In this document: one piece after another, positions 15,050-28,215 of the stretch
Position numbering within the stretch: the stretch's first letter is position 1
How the letters are laid out: every line of letters starts with the position of its first letter
Assembly: GCF_001194135.2 (NCBI RefSeq)
Contig: NC_069001.1
Span: 38,760,871 to 38,824,870 of the forward strand
Direction: 5' to 3'
DNA from: Octopus bimaculoides
Lineage: Eukaryota
Length of the DNA: 64,000 nucleotides
Position numbers and translations under genes: made by a program
Notes under the pieces: generated by a model
The model's input: the letters and a program-made list of their open reading frames with translations, nothing else
The model's database searches: none
Told to the model about the DNA's origin: nothing

Positions 15050-15240
15050 GCTTGACAGCCGGTGTTGGTTTATTTACCTCCCCGTAAACTAGGGGTTCGG
15101 TAAAAGAGAGCGATAGAGTAAGTAGCAGACTTTAACAAAATAACAAAATAAGTACCGGGTCTGATGCGTTCGTCTAAAATTCTTCAAAGCGGTGCCCCAG
15201 CATGGCCGTAGTCAACTGACTGAAGCAAGACAAGGATAAA
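15050..15240 (+). mobile_element. SINE family C copy (ttgacagccggtgttgg...ccccgtaa...ggtgccccagcatggccgtagtcaactgactgaa..aag)
   Basis: Same element at 49070-49210(+) and 53065-53225(-), with fragments at 9580-9625, 17740-17815, 61470-61530 and 63945-64000. Confidence 0.75.
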
Positions 15241-16177
15241 AAGTTTTATCCCTCCAATACCGGAATAGCAAAATATTTTCTGTAACATCTTACAGTGATT
15301 TCTCAATATAAGGATATGGGTGTAGACGTATGGATGTGTATGTTTTTCTGTATGCATTTGTATATTTATACACNNNNNNNNNNNNNNNNNNNNNNNNNNN
15401 NNNNNNNNNNNNNNNNNNNNNNNNNNNNNNNNNNNNNNNNNNNNNNNNNNNNNNNNNNNNNNNNNNNNNNNNNNNNNNNNNNNNNNNNNNNNNNNNNNNN
15501 NNNNNNNNNNNNNNNNNNNNNNNNNNNNNNNNNNNNNNNNNNNNNNNNNNNNNNNNNNNNNNNNNNNNNNNNNNNNNNNNNNNNNNNNNNNNNNNNNNNN
15601 NNNNNNNNNNNNNNNNNNNNNNNNNNNNNNNNNNNNNNNNNNNNNNNNNNNNNNNNNNNNNNNNNNNNNNNNNNNNNNNNNNNNNNNNNNNNNNNNNNNN
15701 NNNNNNNNNNNNNNNNNNNNNNNNNNNNNNNNNNNNNNNNNNNNNNNNNNNNNNNNNNNNNNNNNNNNNNNNNNNNNNNNNNNNNNNNNNNNNNNNNNNN
15801 NNNNNNNNNNNNNNNNNNNNNNNNNNNNNNNNNNNNNNNNNNNNNNNNNNNNNNNNNNNNNNNNNNNNNNNNNNNNNNNNNNNNNNNNNNNNNNNNNNNN
15901 NNNNNNNNNNNNNNNNNNNNNNNNNNNNNNNNNNNNNNNNNNNNNNNNNNNNNNNNNNNNNNNNNNNNNNNNNNNNNNNNNNNNNNNNNNNNNNNNNNNN
16001 NNNNNNNNNNNNNNNNNNNNNNNNNNNNNNNNNNNNNNNNNNNNNNNNNNNNNNNNNNNNNNNNNNNNNNNNNNNNNNNNNNNNNNNNNNNNNNNNNNNN
16101 NNNNNNNNNNNNNNNNNNNNNNNNNNNNNNNNNNNNNNNNNNNNNNNNNNNNNNNNNNNNNNNNNNNNNNNNNNNNN

Positions 16178-16234
<57 letters not shown>

Positions 16235-16394
16235 GTTGGTTCATTGGCAGAATTATTATATCATTGGATGGGATGTGCTGTAGACTGTGTTCTGCCTTTC
16301 TGCACCGTGAGTTCAAATCTTGCCTCGTTACCGAAACACTGTGACACTTCTGTCAGAAGTTGTGTGTGTATTTGTGTGTGTGTGTGTGTGTGTA

Positions 16395-16425
<31 letters not shown>

Positions 16426-17137
16426 CATCGAGCAGTATGTTACTGGTTATTTATATAACTGGTTGTGGTATAGAACTGTCATCGTCAGTTTCGCGCCAGC
16501 TATATTACANNNNNNNNNNNNNNNNNNNNNNNNNNNNNNNNNNNNNNNNNNNNNNNNNNNNNNNNNNNNNNNNNNNNNNNNNNNNNNNNNNNNNNNNNNN
16601 NNNNNNNNNNNNNNNNNNNNNNNNNNNNNNNNNNNNNNNNNNNNNNNNNNNNNNNNNNNNNNNNNNNNNNNNNNNNNNNNNNNNNNNNNNNNNNNNNNNN
16701 NNNNNNNNNNNNNNNNNNNNNNNNNNNNNNNNNNNNNNNNNNNNNNNNNNNNNNNNNNNNNNNNNNNNNNNNNNNNNNNNNNNNNNNNNNNNNNNNNNNN
16801 NNNNNNNNNNNNNNNNNNNNNNNNNNNNNNNNNNNNNNNNNNNNNNNNNNNNNNNNNNNNNNNNNNNNNNNNNNNNNNNNNNNNNNNNNNNNNNNNNNNN
16901 NNNNNNNNNNNNNNNNNNNNNNNNNNNNNNNNNNNNNNNNNNNNNNNNNNNNNNNNNNNNNNNNNNNNNNNNNNNNNNNNNNNNNNNNNNNNNNNNNNNN
17001 NNNNNNNNNNNNNNNNNNNNNNNNNNNNNNNNNNNNNNNNNNNNNNNNNNNNNNNNNNNNNNNNNNNNNNNNNNNNNNNNNNNNNNNNNNNNNNNNNNNN
17101 NNNNNNNNNNNNNNNNNNNNNNNNNNNNNNNNNNNNN

Positions 17138-17213
<76 letters not shown>

Positions 17214-18103
17214 TTAGCTTCCTGTTATTGCTTCCCCAGGCCTTATACCACGAGATACGCTATATTGAATGAGAAGTCTTTTGCCCATTGTTATTTCGAT
17301 CAGTTTACAAACATACGTCATCTGGCTTCTCTTTACTTCTGGCTATAAGCGATTATATATGAACATTTTCCAGAAAAGTTATTCAAGTGTTTGTGTAAAG
17401 AATATATTTATATACATCATCACAACGCGTATCTATTTTTAGCATTGATACCCAAACGTGTTTGTTTTCACTGTTGTATTTCACTTTATTATTTTGTAAT
17501 CTGTGCTCACAAACAACGCAATAACTACTATTGAATTATTGTACCAACAAGATCTGAAGAAGTATATTTTATAATGATATGGAGGAAACTCAGGAAGATT
17601 ATATACAATTACATATTATGTATAATACTTCTTCTAATTTGAGACATAAAAATACAGCCACATCGCTGAATATTGCCGGTATGTTACCCCACCCAATCTA
17701 TGTAGCCAGGCTTCATACGTGAATTCGCCAAACTGATATCGTCAAACACTTCGAGGCTATACTCCAGCATGGCTGCAGTCCAATAACTGAAAAAAGTAAA
17801 AAAATATGAGAATAAAAGAATATGAACATTGATAAGTATGCATGTATGTAGGCAGTTCATGTTGTAGGTCTTGTTGACTGCAGAGTTCTCAAAAAAATGT
17901 TTTGTGGCGAACTGTCGCAAGGCATTCAACCATAACATAAGCCAAGAAAGCGATTCAAAGACAACTTTTAAAAAATCACTTGGAATCTGTGAGATTTCAG
18001 AACAGGCGTCTAAAGACATATCATTCTTTGTTTTGTCCTGTATTGTCCATAATGTTTTACTTAATGTAAACCCTTGTGGTTAACAAAGAAATCATCATCA
18101 TCA

Positions 18104-18152
<49 letters not shown>

Positions 18153-18239
18153 GCATCACATCATCATTATCTGTTGGAGGAAATAATTTTATTTTCAATT
18201 TTTAAATATTTCTTTTATATTTTTGGATTTTGTTTTTCA

Positions 18240-18710
18240 ATTCTTATTACAATTTACAATAATTTCGACATGTTTCATTGAAATGTTTCAGTTTTATAAA
18301 TATTGAATTTCTGTTTAAGTGGAAATATTCTCATCTTAATTTGTATAAAAATTTTCTCTAGAAATATACTTCAGACATTTTCTTTTCGAAGAAACATTCC
18401 ACCATTATATTCATATCAAACCTTTGTTTATCTCTTTAACCGCAATCTAAATTTTGAATAAAGATTAGTTTATACCAATTTTTCTAATTTTAATTTCTAT
18501 TAAATTTTCTCAAAAACTATAGTTCAAACATTTATCCATGAAATATTTCCATAAAAGAAATATTAAAATTGTATATCTCTCTCTATTTGATATTTTAAAA
18601 TTTGAATGTCGTTACATTTATTCTTAATTTTGTAATCTTAATTTTCATTAAATTTTCTCAAGGAATAAAATTCCGATATATTTCCTTCAAATATTTCCAT
18701 CATATAACGA
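18240..18710. repeat. AT-rich degenerate tandem repeat, ~150 bp unit, 3-4 copies
   Basis: ttaattt(g/c)t...aaattttctc(t/a)a...aaa(c/t)att(c/t)cc recurs near 18335, 18490 and 18640, with a weaker copy near 18245. Confidence 0.55.
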
Positions 18711-19344
18711 TATATTCTAACCATTTATCATTTTTACTGTATAAATATTTCATCCTTTGTTAACGCTTTCCTCTGTCGTTTTCGAAGACGCAACGGCGCA
18801 AGACGCAAATGGAGTCGTCATAACAAAACCACTGTTACTTTTTCTTACAGTTCTCTCTATCCTAGTCAAATGAGACGGTTAATACTTCTCACTAACAATA
18901 TCTTCTTCGTTTTCCTTTTACAGATTTTCATTGAACTGCATCCAGTAGCCATGCCGGAGCAATGCTTTCAAGATATTAAATCGACCTCAGTAGATGGAAA
19001 GTTACATATTTCACCAATGTCGTCAGATATGAAGTTAGTTTAAAAAGCAGTGATTATCAACCAGGGTTAAAAATTTAGCCAGCGAGAGTTTAAATATTGT
19101 ATATCGGACCATATGTTATTAGATAATCTATGAAGTTTATTGAAAACGTTCATAAAACTTTACACATCTTTTTGTAGATAGAGGTTTGTTTTATTCATAT
19201 AATACGGAACGATAGATGTGTAACAAGAGTGAAGGGCGTTATTCGAAGTTTCCGTAAAAGTTGCGGAGAAAATAAAGCAGAGGGTTATACATGTATTCCA
19301 TATCGGCAGAGTTACTTATATCTCTTAATATCTATCCATTAAGG

Positions 19345-19560
19345 CAGCGAACTGGCAGAATCATTAGTGCACAGGGCCAAATGCTTAGCGGCATTTCGCC
19401 CCTGTTTACGTTCTTGAGTTCGAATGACGCCGAGGTCGACTTTGCCTTTCATCCTTTCGGACTCGATAAAATAAGTTCCAGTTGAGCAATGGGGGGTCGA
19501 TATAATCAATTTAGCCACTCCACTGAGATTGCTGGCTTTGTGCCAAAATTTGAAACCAAT
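19345..19560 (+). mobile_element. SINE family A copy
   Basis: actggcagaatcattag...gccgaggtcgactttgcctttcatcctttcgg...ggctttgtgccaaaatttgaaaccaat. Confidence 0.85.
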
Positions 19561-20027
19561 ATGTATCTATCTATTTACCAACCTACCTACCGATCTACAC
19601 ACACACACACACATGCATTTCTATACATATATATGCATAGATGCACACACACATGCACACACAACTGCAAAATTCATGTATTTCCCGCCAATATTTTCTC
19701 TCCCTTTCATAATTGCGACGTTAGACGAAATACCGATAGCTCCTGATCAGTCCGGTTCCAGCCCCAGCAGATCTATAACGAAAGACGCTCCAAGCATGAT
19801 CATCTCGCTTCTTTTTTTCTCTTCAGACATAGCTTACCTAGGAGTATACCATCCGATGTATATTTCGTTTATTTAGACATAAGGTTGAGGGAGTGTTGGC
19901 TGTTATTTCTAGCTGGATGTGTAACAATACTTGCTACTCACAGACGGAAGATATGAGACGCTGCAGATTTTTGCATCAAAAGATGTCGTGACTTTCATGC
20001 TTTTTTGTTTAATATGACAGCATTTAA

Positions 20028-20029
<2 letters not shown>

Positions 20030-20067
<38 letters not shown>

Positions 20068-20196
20068 GCGGTGACGATGACGATGATGTTCATGATGATG
20101 ATGATAGTGATGGTTGTAGTAAAGGGTGGTGAATCATGTGACCTTTGTGAACGAACTTGAAAGACGTTCAAAGGTCTAAAGATAAAGATGGAGGGA

Positions 20197-20227
<31 letters not shown>

Positions 20228-21271
20228 AGAGAGAAGGGAGAGAGAGAGAGAAAGGGAGAGAAAGAGACGGAGGCGAGCATTAAATGTGATTATATATATA
20301 CACACATATAGATATGTATATATGTGTATATACATTTGTGGTATACAATGTGTTTATACACTCTATACATGCGTACATATCACGCACACATATTAATATA
20401 TATGTATGTGTCCATATATATATATATCTATATATATATATTCCTATGTATATATGTGTATGAATGTATATATGTATACATTCATGTGTATATTGTATAT
20501 ATATATATGTGCATATATGTGTATATATATACATGTGTGTATACCTGTGTATATCTGTATGAATATATATATGTGTATATATGTATATAAATATATATAT
20601 ATATATATGTATGTGTATATATTTATGTGTGTGTATATGTGTATATATATGTATGTGTGTATATATGTATGTATGTATATATATGTATGTATATGTGTGT
20701 ATATATATTTATTATATATATATATATATATATATATCACTTCAGTTTTCAACACTCGTTTATGTTGTACAATCTAAGTGTATGTATAAAAGAAAGATTA
20801 AAAATATGGAACAACAAGAGAATGTCACAAACGAAAAAGTCAAATAAAGAGGAAAAATAAATCAAGCGATATTGTGGGAGCGATTATGGCGTTTTCAGTT
20901 ATTGGGAGAAAAGTGTGTATTGTATGGATGACAAAATAGAAAGATTATAAGCAGGAACACTGTTATATCGGCTGGCAAGGAATTCCAGAAACGTGCAGAG
21001 ATAGTACACGAACGCACCGCTGTAGGAAGGAATGGTTGGTTGCTGGTAAAACAGAGAAGAGAAGAACAATCGTTGAATCGAAGGTGAGATTGTAGGGTGA
21101 GTGTGGTGGTGATGGCGTTGGTGGATTTTAATGAATATATTTAACAGCAAAAATGGTGTTGAGCTAAAAATACAGAGGCATATATGTGGGAAGGTAAGTA
21201 GGTATGTATGTGGGTAGGTGGATGGTTAGACAGACAGGCAGATAGACAAATTGACAGACAGACAGACAGAC

Positions 21272-21310
<39 letters not shown>

Positions 21311-21640
21311 CGGACAGTGATCGATAAACATAGATAGATAGATAGATTGACGAACAGTGTTCGAATGATAGATATATAGATAGATAAGTAGACAGATTGG
21401 TAGATAGATAGATAGACAACTAGATAGATAGATAGATAGATAGATACAGAGAGAGAACGAGAGAGGAGAGAAGCAGATAGATAGATAGATAGATAGATAG
21501 GTAGATAGATAGCATATGAGAAAACAAACGAATGTCTGTGCATGTGAGCATAAGGTTCTCAATGAAATTGGTACTTATTATGTATGTGTGTGAGATAGAT
21601 AGAGAGAGGGAGAGAGAGAGAGGGGGAGAGGGAGAGCGAG
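20030..21640. repeat. Microsatellite-rich block: (GAT)n, (GA)n, (TA/TG)n, (GATA/GACA)n
   Basis: Directly visible. Confidence 0.9.
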
Positions 21641-22584
21641 AAATTAGAGTTGAAAGACGACTTTTACAATCTCCGTTTCTGTTGACCTAATTGGGTTAGA
21701 TTCTTTCTGAGCTTCAGTGTGTGTGTGTGTATGTGTGTGTGGTTGTGCGCGTGCGTTGTGTGTATGGTAACTGTAAAGAATGGNNNNNNNNNNNNNNNNN
21801 NNNNNNNNNNNNNNNNNNNNNNNNNNNNNNNNNNNNNNNNNNNNNNNNNNNNNNNNNNNNNNNNNNNNNNNNNNNNNNNNNNNNNNNNNNNNNNNNNNNN
21901 NNNNNNNNNNNNNNNNNNNNNNNNNNNNNNNNNNNNNNNNNNNNNNNNNNNNNNNNNNNNNNNNNNNNNNNNNNNNNNNNNNNNNNNNNNNNNNNNNNNN
22001 NNNNNNNNNNNNNNNNNNNNNNNNCTGTTGACCTAATTGGGTTAGATTCTTTCTGAGCTTCAGTGTGTGTGTGTGTATGTGTGTGTGGTTGTGCGCGTGC
22101 GTTGTGTGTATGGTAACTGTAAAGAATGGAAGAGAGTGTACTCAATACCGGACACCCAGTAATACTAATTTAATTCATTCAGCCGGAACCCAGAGACTAC
22201 CAGTGGCTATGTTTTATTGAATCGAGATTGCCTTGGTATCTCCCTTATAAGTGTGTGTGTGTGTGCGTGCGGGTGCGTACACACACACACACACACTCAC
22301 ACACATAAAGAGAGATTTTATAGAATCACAAAACATGCGCAGCACAGCGAAAGTGAATTGTAAACAGATATCTCCCCCCTCTCTCTCTCTTTCGCTTTCC
22401 CTCTTTTTTTCTTTATATTCGCACGCACACAGCTACACACAAGTCTTTGCATACGCATGCTTTCTCTTCCTCTCCCTCTCTCATGCGTGCACACACGCAC
22501 ACCTACGCTTTCAAACACACATACGTACGCACGCTTTCTCTTTCCCCTCTCCTTCTCTCCCCCCCCACACAGACCGCACTCGCT

Positions 22585-22625
22585 ATCACCACTTCCGTTC
22601 GCCATCTTTACCGGAACAACATCAA
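22585..22625 (-). promoter_or_regulatory. Promoter-like ETS + YY1 motif cluster overlapping a possible start codon (MANGSGD...)
   Basis: Plus strand cACTTCCGttCGCCATCTTtaCCGGAA; minus strand reads AAGATGGCGAACGGAAGTG with ATG at 22605. Local CpG-rich, non-repetitive context. Confidence 0.4.
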
Positions 22626-23664
22626 GACAACAAAGGAAGGCGCAATGTCGTCGCTAGATCTGCTAGTAATGGCAGCCAAATCTTCATATCAATTTCAAGT
22701 CGCATTCTGCTGCCTTTAATAAACGAAAGACACTTTGAATAATGTAGTCCTAGATATTCTGTTCCTGAAAACTGCGACGCGAGGTTTTGACTGGGAAGTC
22801 TTTTTTTTGTTTGTTTTTTCTTTGATGGTAAATCTGCTGGATTATGTCTGACCTGGGGCTAAACCACAATACGGTGTTCCTGGGAATTCGTCACCTCCAC
22901 AACTTACACCACCACNNNNNNNNNNNNNNNNNNNNNNNNNNNNNNNNNNNNNNNNNNNNNNNNNNNNNNNNNNNNNNNNNNNNNNNNNNNNNNNNNNNNN
23001 NNNNNNNNNNNNNNNNNNNNNNNNNNNNNNNNNNNNNNNNNNNNNNNNNNNNNNNNNNNNNNNNNNNNNNNNNNNNNNNNNNNNNNNNNNNNNNNNNNNN
23101 NNNNNNNNNNNNNNNNNNNNNNNNNNNNNNNNNNNNNNNNNNNNNNNNNNNNNNNNNNNNNNNNNNNNNNNNNNNNNNNNNNNNNNNNNNNNNNNNNNNN
23201 NNNNNNNNNNNNNNNNNNNNNNNNNNNNNNNNNNNNNNNNNNNNNNNNNNNNNNNNNNNNNNNNNNNNNNNNNNNNNNNNNNNNNNNNNNNNNNNNNNNN
23301 NNNNNNNNNNNNNNNNNNNNNNNNNNNNNNNNNNNNNNNNNNNNNNNNNNNNNNNNNNNNNNNNNNNNNNNNNNNNNNNNNNNNNNNNNNNNNNNNNNNN
23401 NNNNNNNNNNNNNNNNNNNNNNNNNNNNNNNNNNNNNNNNNNNNNNNNNNNNNNNNNNNNNNNNNNNNNNNNNNNNNNNNNNNNNNNNNNAGAACGTAAA
23501 GCTGGATGAAATGCCGCTAAGCATTTTGTCCGGGAGTGAAAACGATTTTGTCAGCTCACGACTATAATAGCGATGATGATGATGATGATGATGATGAAGA
23601 AGAATATGTTCATCATAGTGAAGAAAGAATATTGTCTGTGGTCTGAAATATATGAAAAAAAAAA

Positions 23665-24267
23665 ACCTCAAAAGTCATTGAAACAGTAAAAGAATTAAAA
23701 ACAAAGAAGAACGGCAGAAAAAAAATAGTTGGAAAAAAGAAGAAATTACTTGGCTAATTCATGCAACAAACAGGATGTTGGAAGTAAAAAAAATACTGCT
23801 TATGACTGACAGATGGAAACCCCAAACGAGAAACTGAATCGTTGATTGTTGCCGCTCAGAAAGCAGTCATTGAGATAAATCTGACGAAGGCAAAGATTGG
23901 CAAAACTCAGTTGGAGAGCAAACGCAGAATCCGTGCAAAAGGAAAAGAATGTATTAATCAGTTCTTGAGTGAATGCAGTAAACTATCGTAAGAAGAATAT
24001 AAACAGAGGAATGTCTCTGTATAGGTAAAAGTGTGTTGTGAGATATTAGCCGAGTGTGTGGCCTGGAAATGACAGGAAAGTGGCATAAATGCTAAGCAGA
24101 GGCTGTGACAGAGAATAAGCAATACAAGATTTTATGGGACTTCCCCACAAAACTAATCGTACTATTGAAGCCAGAAGACCAGAAATGATTCTAGAGGATA
24201 AAAGAAACAAACAGTGAAAATTCATTGATTTTGCTATACCAAAATGGTAATAGAGTGGATCTCAAGG
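23665..24267 (+). mobile_element. R4/Dong-clade non-LTR retrotransposon fragment (zinc knuckle + restriction-like endonuclease region), decayed
   Basis: Translation gives PKRETESLIVAAQKAVIEINLTKAKIGKTQLESKRRI...ECINQFLSECSKLS*EEYKQR...ENKQYKILWDF..TNRTIEARRPEMILEDKRNKQ*KFIDFAIP. This matches the R4-clade motifs KRETE.LI.AAQ, SKCR.C...E...H..S.C..LA..EY..RH, ILWDF and RRPD...D....IDFA.P. Confidence 0.85.
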
Positions 24268-25038
24268 TTTGAGTTTCAAAGTTTGACAACTTGTGTTGCC
24301 TTGTTTATGTTCCGATATGTTAAGTTCAGCAATGTAGTACATTGCCAAACTGCTAATGTAGACGGACATGCGCCAGCATGGCCAAAGGCGTATTGGCTGA
24401 AACAAGCAAAATATATGTAGTAGAAGTATGTTAACCATTTAGCTGTTTCGGCTTAAATTGGCTCATATCAGTTTGTACGCCTGTTTTCTGCAAGTGGTCA
24501 CATAACCTGGTCGTGTAATGGATTTAGCCCTTCTGTCATCGATCTAGCCCTTTTCGCGCTCCTCGCATCATGTGACAGACAAACCGAGCTGATGGTAGCC
24601 TACCATCAGCTACATAACAAAACCTTTCCCGCTATTTCTGTAGTGAAGTGAGTTGCGCGGTCGAGTTTGTATCTCCGTAGAGAGGAAGTTTATTTCGTAG
24701 GTAGCTTCCGGTATCCTTTGACGCGTACGTTTGCTCCTGTCATCCAGCAGAAGTCTTGTCTCGTATTTGTTTTCCTGTTCTACGCCGCATGAGTCATGTA
24801 CAAACTGCACGAGAAACCATTTGCTGACAGTAGATTTCAAGATGCATCTCAACACTTTTGCCGTATTAATTGCTCTTTAACGGGTTGTTCAACCCGTTAA
24901 AGAGCATTTAAACCTCCTGGTTTTCTGTTTCCTTCCTTTATCTACACACATACGTATATTAGAACTCAAATCAGCTTTAACCCTCAGCGCAACCAATCCC
25001 GTTAAACACACACGCACACACTCATATCTGTGTATGTA

Positions 25039-25073
<35 letters not shown>

Positions 25074-26062
25074 NNNNNNNNNNNNNNNNNNNNNNNNNNN
25101 NNNNNNNNNNNNNNNNNNNNNNNNNNNNNNNNNNNNNNNNNNNNNNNNNNNNNNNNNNNNNNNNNNNNNNNNNNNNNNNNNNNNNNNNNNNNNNNNNNNN
25201 NNNNNNNNNNNNNNNNNNNNNNNNNNNNNNNNNNNNNNNNNNNNNNNNNNNNNNNNNNNNNNNNNNNNNNNNNNNNNNNNNNNNNNNNNNNNNNNNNNNN
25301 NNNNNNNNNNNNNNNNNNNNNNNNNNNNNTATATATATATATATATATATATATATGCATGTGTGTGTGTGTGTGTGCATATGTATTCCAAATTTCACCA
25401 AAGTAATTACTACCTTGAAATCTTATAATTTGTCTTTACCGAAAACATACAAATTTACTGAAGTTTGTGAATCTTGCGTAATAAACGTTGAAATTATTGA
25501 ATCGGGATGCGGTACCGGTCAAATCTAAAAAAAACGTATTTTGTGTTTCAAGAAAATTTCAACGTATTTATTTATAAAATAACATTTCCCATCCAAATTT
25601 TTTGCAAATGGCGACCATGTAACATTAATAAACACCCTTTAACATTCGCCCCGAAATATCGAGTGTGTAATAAAGATAAATACTATTTATGAAACACATT
25701 CGAATATATATTATTCTTTAAAGAAACAATGATATAACAATAAGTTCAATGGCAATCAACGATATCATTCAAATGGTTTTTGTGGGGGGGGGGGTTTTGT
25801 TGGTTTTTTTCTCTCGATATAAAGAAGTAAAATTCTGCATCAGTTTTTATAGATTTATTGCTCTGGATAGATCTGAAGGAGACATCAGTTACTGTTTGCG
25901 TATAATGTTTAGTACACTTTATAAAACAAATCTATCTATCTATCCATCTATCTATATATCTATCTGCTTATCTATTTATTTATTTATCAATCAATCAATC
26001 TATCTATCTGTCAATCTGTCTGCATGTCTATCTGTCTGTATGTCTATCTGTCTGTATGTCTA

Positions 26063-26102
<40 letters not shown>

Positions 26103-26402
26103 TGTGTGTATATATATACAGACGTATGTTGATGCAAACAGGAAAAATAGACTCAAAATATGAGTATATGTATATATTTTTATTAATATTTAGCAGAAGT
26201 AACAGAGTGACTCAAGGTCCGAGAGTTTCGTGCATTGGCACATATCAAACTAGGTATGCACACTGGTGCGCGCGCACACACACATGCATATACGAACTAT
26301 ATATCAGTTTATCATCTATTCACCTGTACATATGTCTCCTCCCTCCCCCTCTCTTTATCTAACTCCCCTTTTCCCTTTAGCTCTTTATATACAATTATGT
26401 AT

Positions 26403-26472
<70 letters not shown>

Positions 26473-26939
26473 GTAGATATACATGCACAAACGCCATCGG
26501 TGACAGATGTCAATATGACCTGATAGCATAAAGCGACAGTTTAAAGCGACCGACGTTGTGGCGGGAAGAGGAAGATAATCTCGGAGGAGGAGGGGGAGGA
26601 GGAGAGTTGCATCATGGGACACTTGGATTTTCCTTTGGGAGAAAGAAAAAACAAAAAAGAGAGAAGAGAAAAAAGGAAGAAGAAAAAACCTTTGTCCAAG
26701 GACTCACTGGAGAGAGGAAATATCAACCAGGAACTGATCTAGGCCCCTCGAGGCATTCGGAAAGCCTGGATACATACATACATACATACATACATACATG
26801 CATGCATGTATACGCACGCGCACGTGCACATATCTGCGTGTGTGTGTATGTGTGTATATGTGTATGTGTGTGTGTGTGAATATCTAGATATCCACAATGT
26901 GACAGGGGCAGAAACGGTCAAAGGCAAATATTTTGACAA

Positions 26940-27088
26940 TGGGCTTCTTTCAATTTCCGTCTACCAAATCCACTCACAAGGCTCTGGTCGGCCCGAAGCT
27001 ATAGTAGAAGACACTTGCCCAAGGTTCCACGCAGTGGGACTGAACCCGGGACCATGTGGTTGGTAAGCAAGCTACTTACCACACAGCC
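26940..27088 (-). mobile_element. SINE family B copy (near-consensus)
   Basis: gggcttctttcaatttccgtctaccaaatccactcacaagg...gcaagctacttaccacacagcca. Confidence 0.9.
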
Positions 27089-27093
27089 ATTTA

Positions 27094-27124
<31 letters not shown>

Positions 27125-27592
27125 NNNNNNNNNNNNNNNNNNNNNNNNNNNNNNNNNNNNNNNNNNNNNNNNNNNNNNNNNNNNNNNNNNNNNNNNNNNN
27201 NNNNNNNNNNNNNNNNNNNNNNNNNNNNNNNNNNNNNNNNNNNNNNNNNNNNNNNNNNNNNNNNNNNNNNNNNNNNNNNNNNNNNNNNNNNNNNNNNNNN
27301 NNNNNNNNNNNNNNNNNNNNNNNNNNNNNNNNNNNNNNNNNNNNNNNNNNNNNNNNNNNNNNNNNNNNNNNNNNNNNNNNNNNNNNNNNNNNNNNNNNNN
27401 NNNNNNNNNNNNNNNNNNNNNNNNNNNNNNNNNNNNNNNNNNNNNNNNNNNNNNNNNNNNNNNNNNNNNNNNNNNNNNNNNNNNNNNNNNNNNNNNNNNN
27501 NNNNNNNNNNNNNNNNNNNNNNNNNNNNNNNNNNNNNNNNNNNNNNNNNNNNNNNNNNNNNNNNNNNNNNNNNNNNNNNNNNNNNNNNNNNN

Positions 27593-27634
<42 letters not shown>

Positions 27635-27825
27635 GCGTATGTGTGTATATGTATGTGTGTACTGCAAATAGTTCAGTGTGATCATTTCAGCCAGGGTTCC
27701 TGTAGATAACAATAACCGGATTAGAATATTGTCAAGCCGAGGATGTAACAATGTCCTGAGCGTGTTTGGGACTAATTTTTATAACATCAACTGTTTTGGC
27801 AATATACGATTTTAAGAGGCTTGCA

Positions 27826-27838
27826 TCTATCTATCTAC

Positions 27839-27876
<38 letters not shown>

Positions 27877-27882
27877 GTCTGC

Positions 27883-27933
<51 letters not shown>

Positions 27934-27938
27934 CCTAC

Positions 27939-27991
<53 letters not shown>

Positions 27992-28043
27992 AATTAATTT
28001 CTCTCTCTCTCTTAATCTTTATCGATCAATTTATCAATTAATT

Positions 28044-28092
<49 letters not shown>

Positions 28093-28153
28093 CCTTCCCT
28101 CCCCCTCTCTCTCTCTTTGTCTCTGTCTCTGTCTGTTTCTTTCTCTGTCTGTC

Positions 28154-28190
<37 letters not shown>

Positions 28191-28215
28191 ATGTCTCTCT
28201 CTCTCTCTCTCTGTC
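27826..28215. repeat. (CTAT)n/(CT)n/(CTGT)n microsatellites
   Basis: Directly visible. Confidence 0.95.

Noticed and set aside
15295-17348. Long ORFs of 300+ aa here and at 22844-23671, 25002-25528, 27015-27751, 39031-39651, 51558-52452, 52980-54010 and 54287-56975
   Set aside because: Their length comes from N runs translated as X plus flanking microsatellites.
17684-18083. Opposing ORFs of 111 and 70 aa in unique sequence; LSKTLWTIQDK faintly recalls the Penelope GIY-YIG region
   Set aside because: The similarity is limited to a few residues and no other motif of that family is present.
21680-22130. ~105-bp exact direct repeat (ctgttgacctaattggg...gtaaagaatgg)
   Set aside because: It flanks an N gap on both sides, so it is most likely an assembly overlap artefact.
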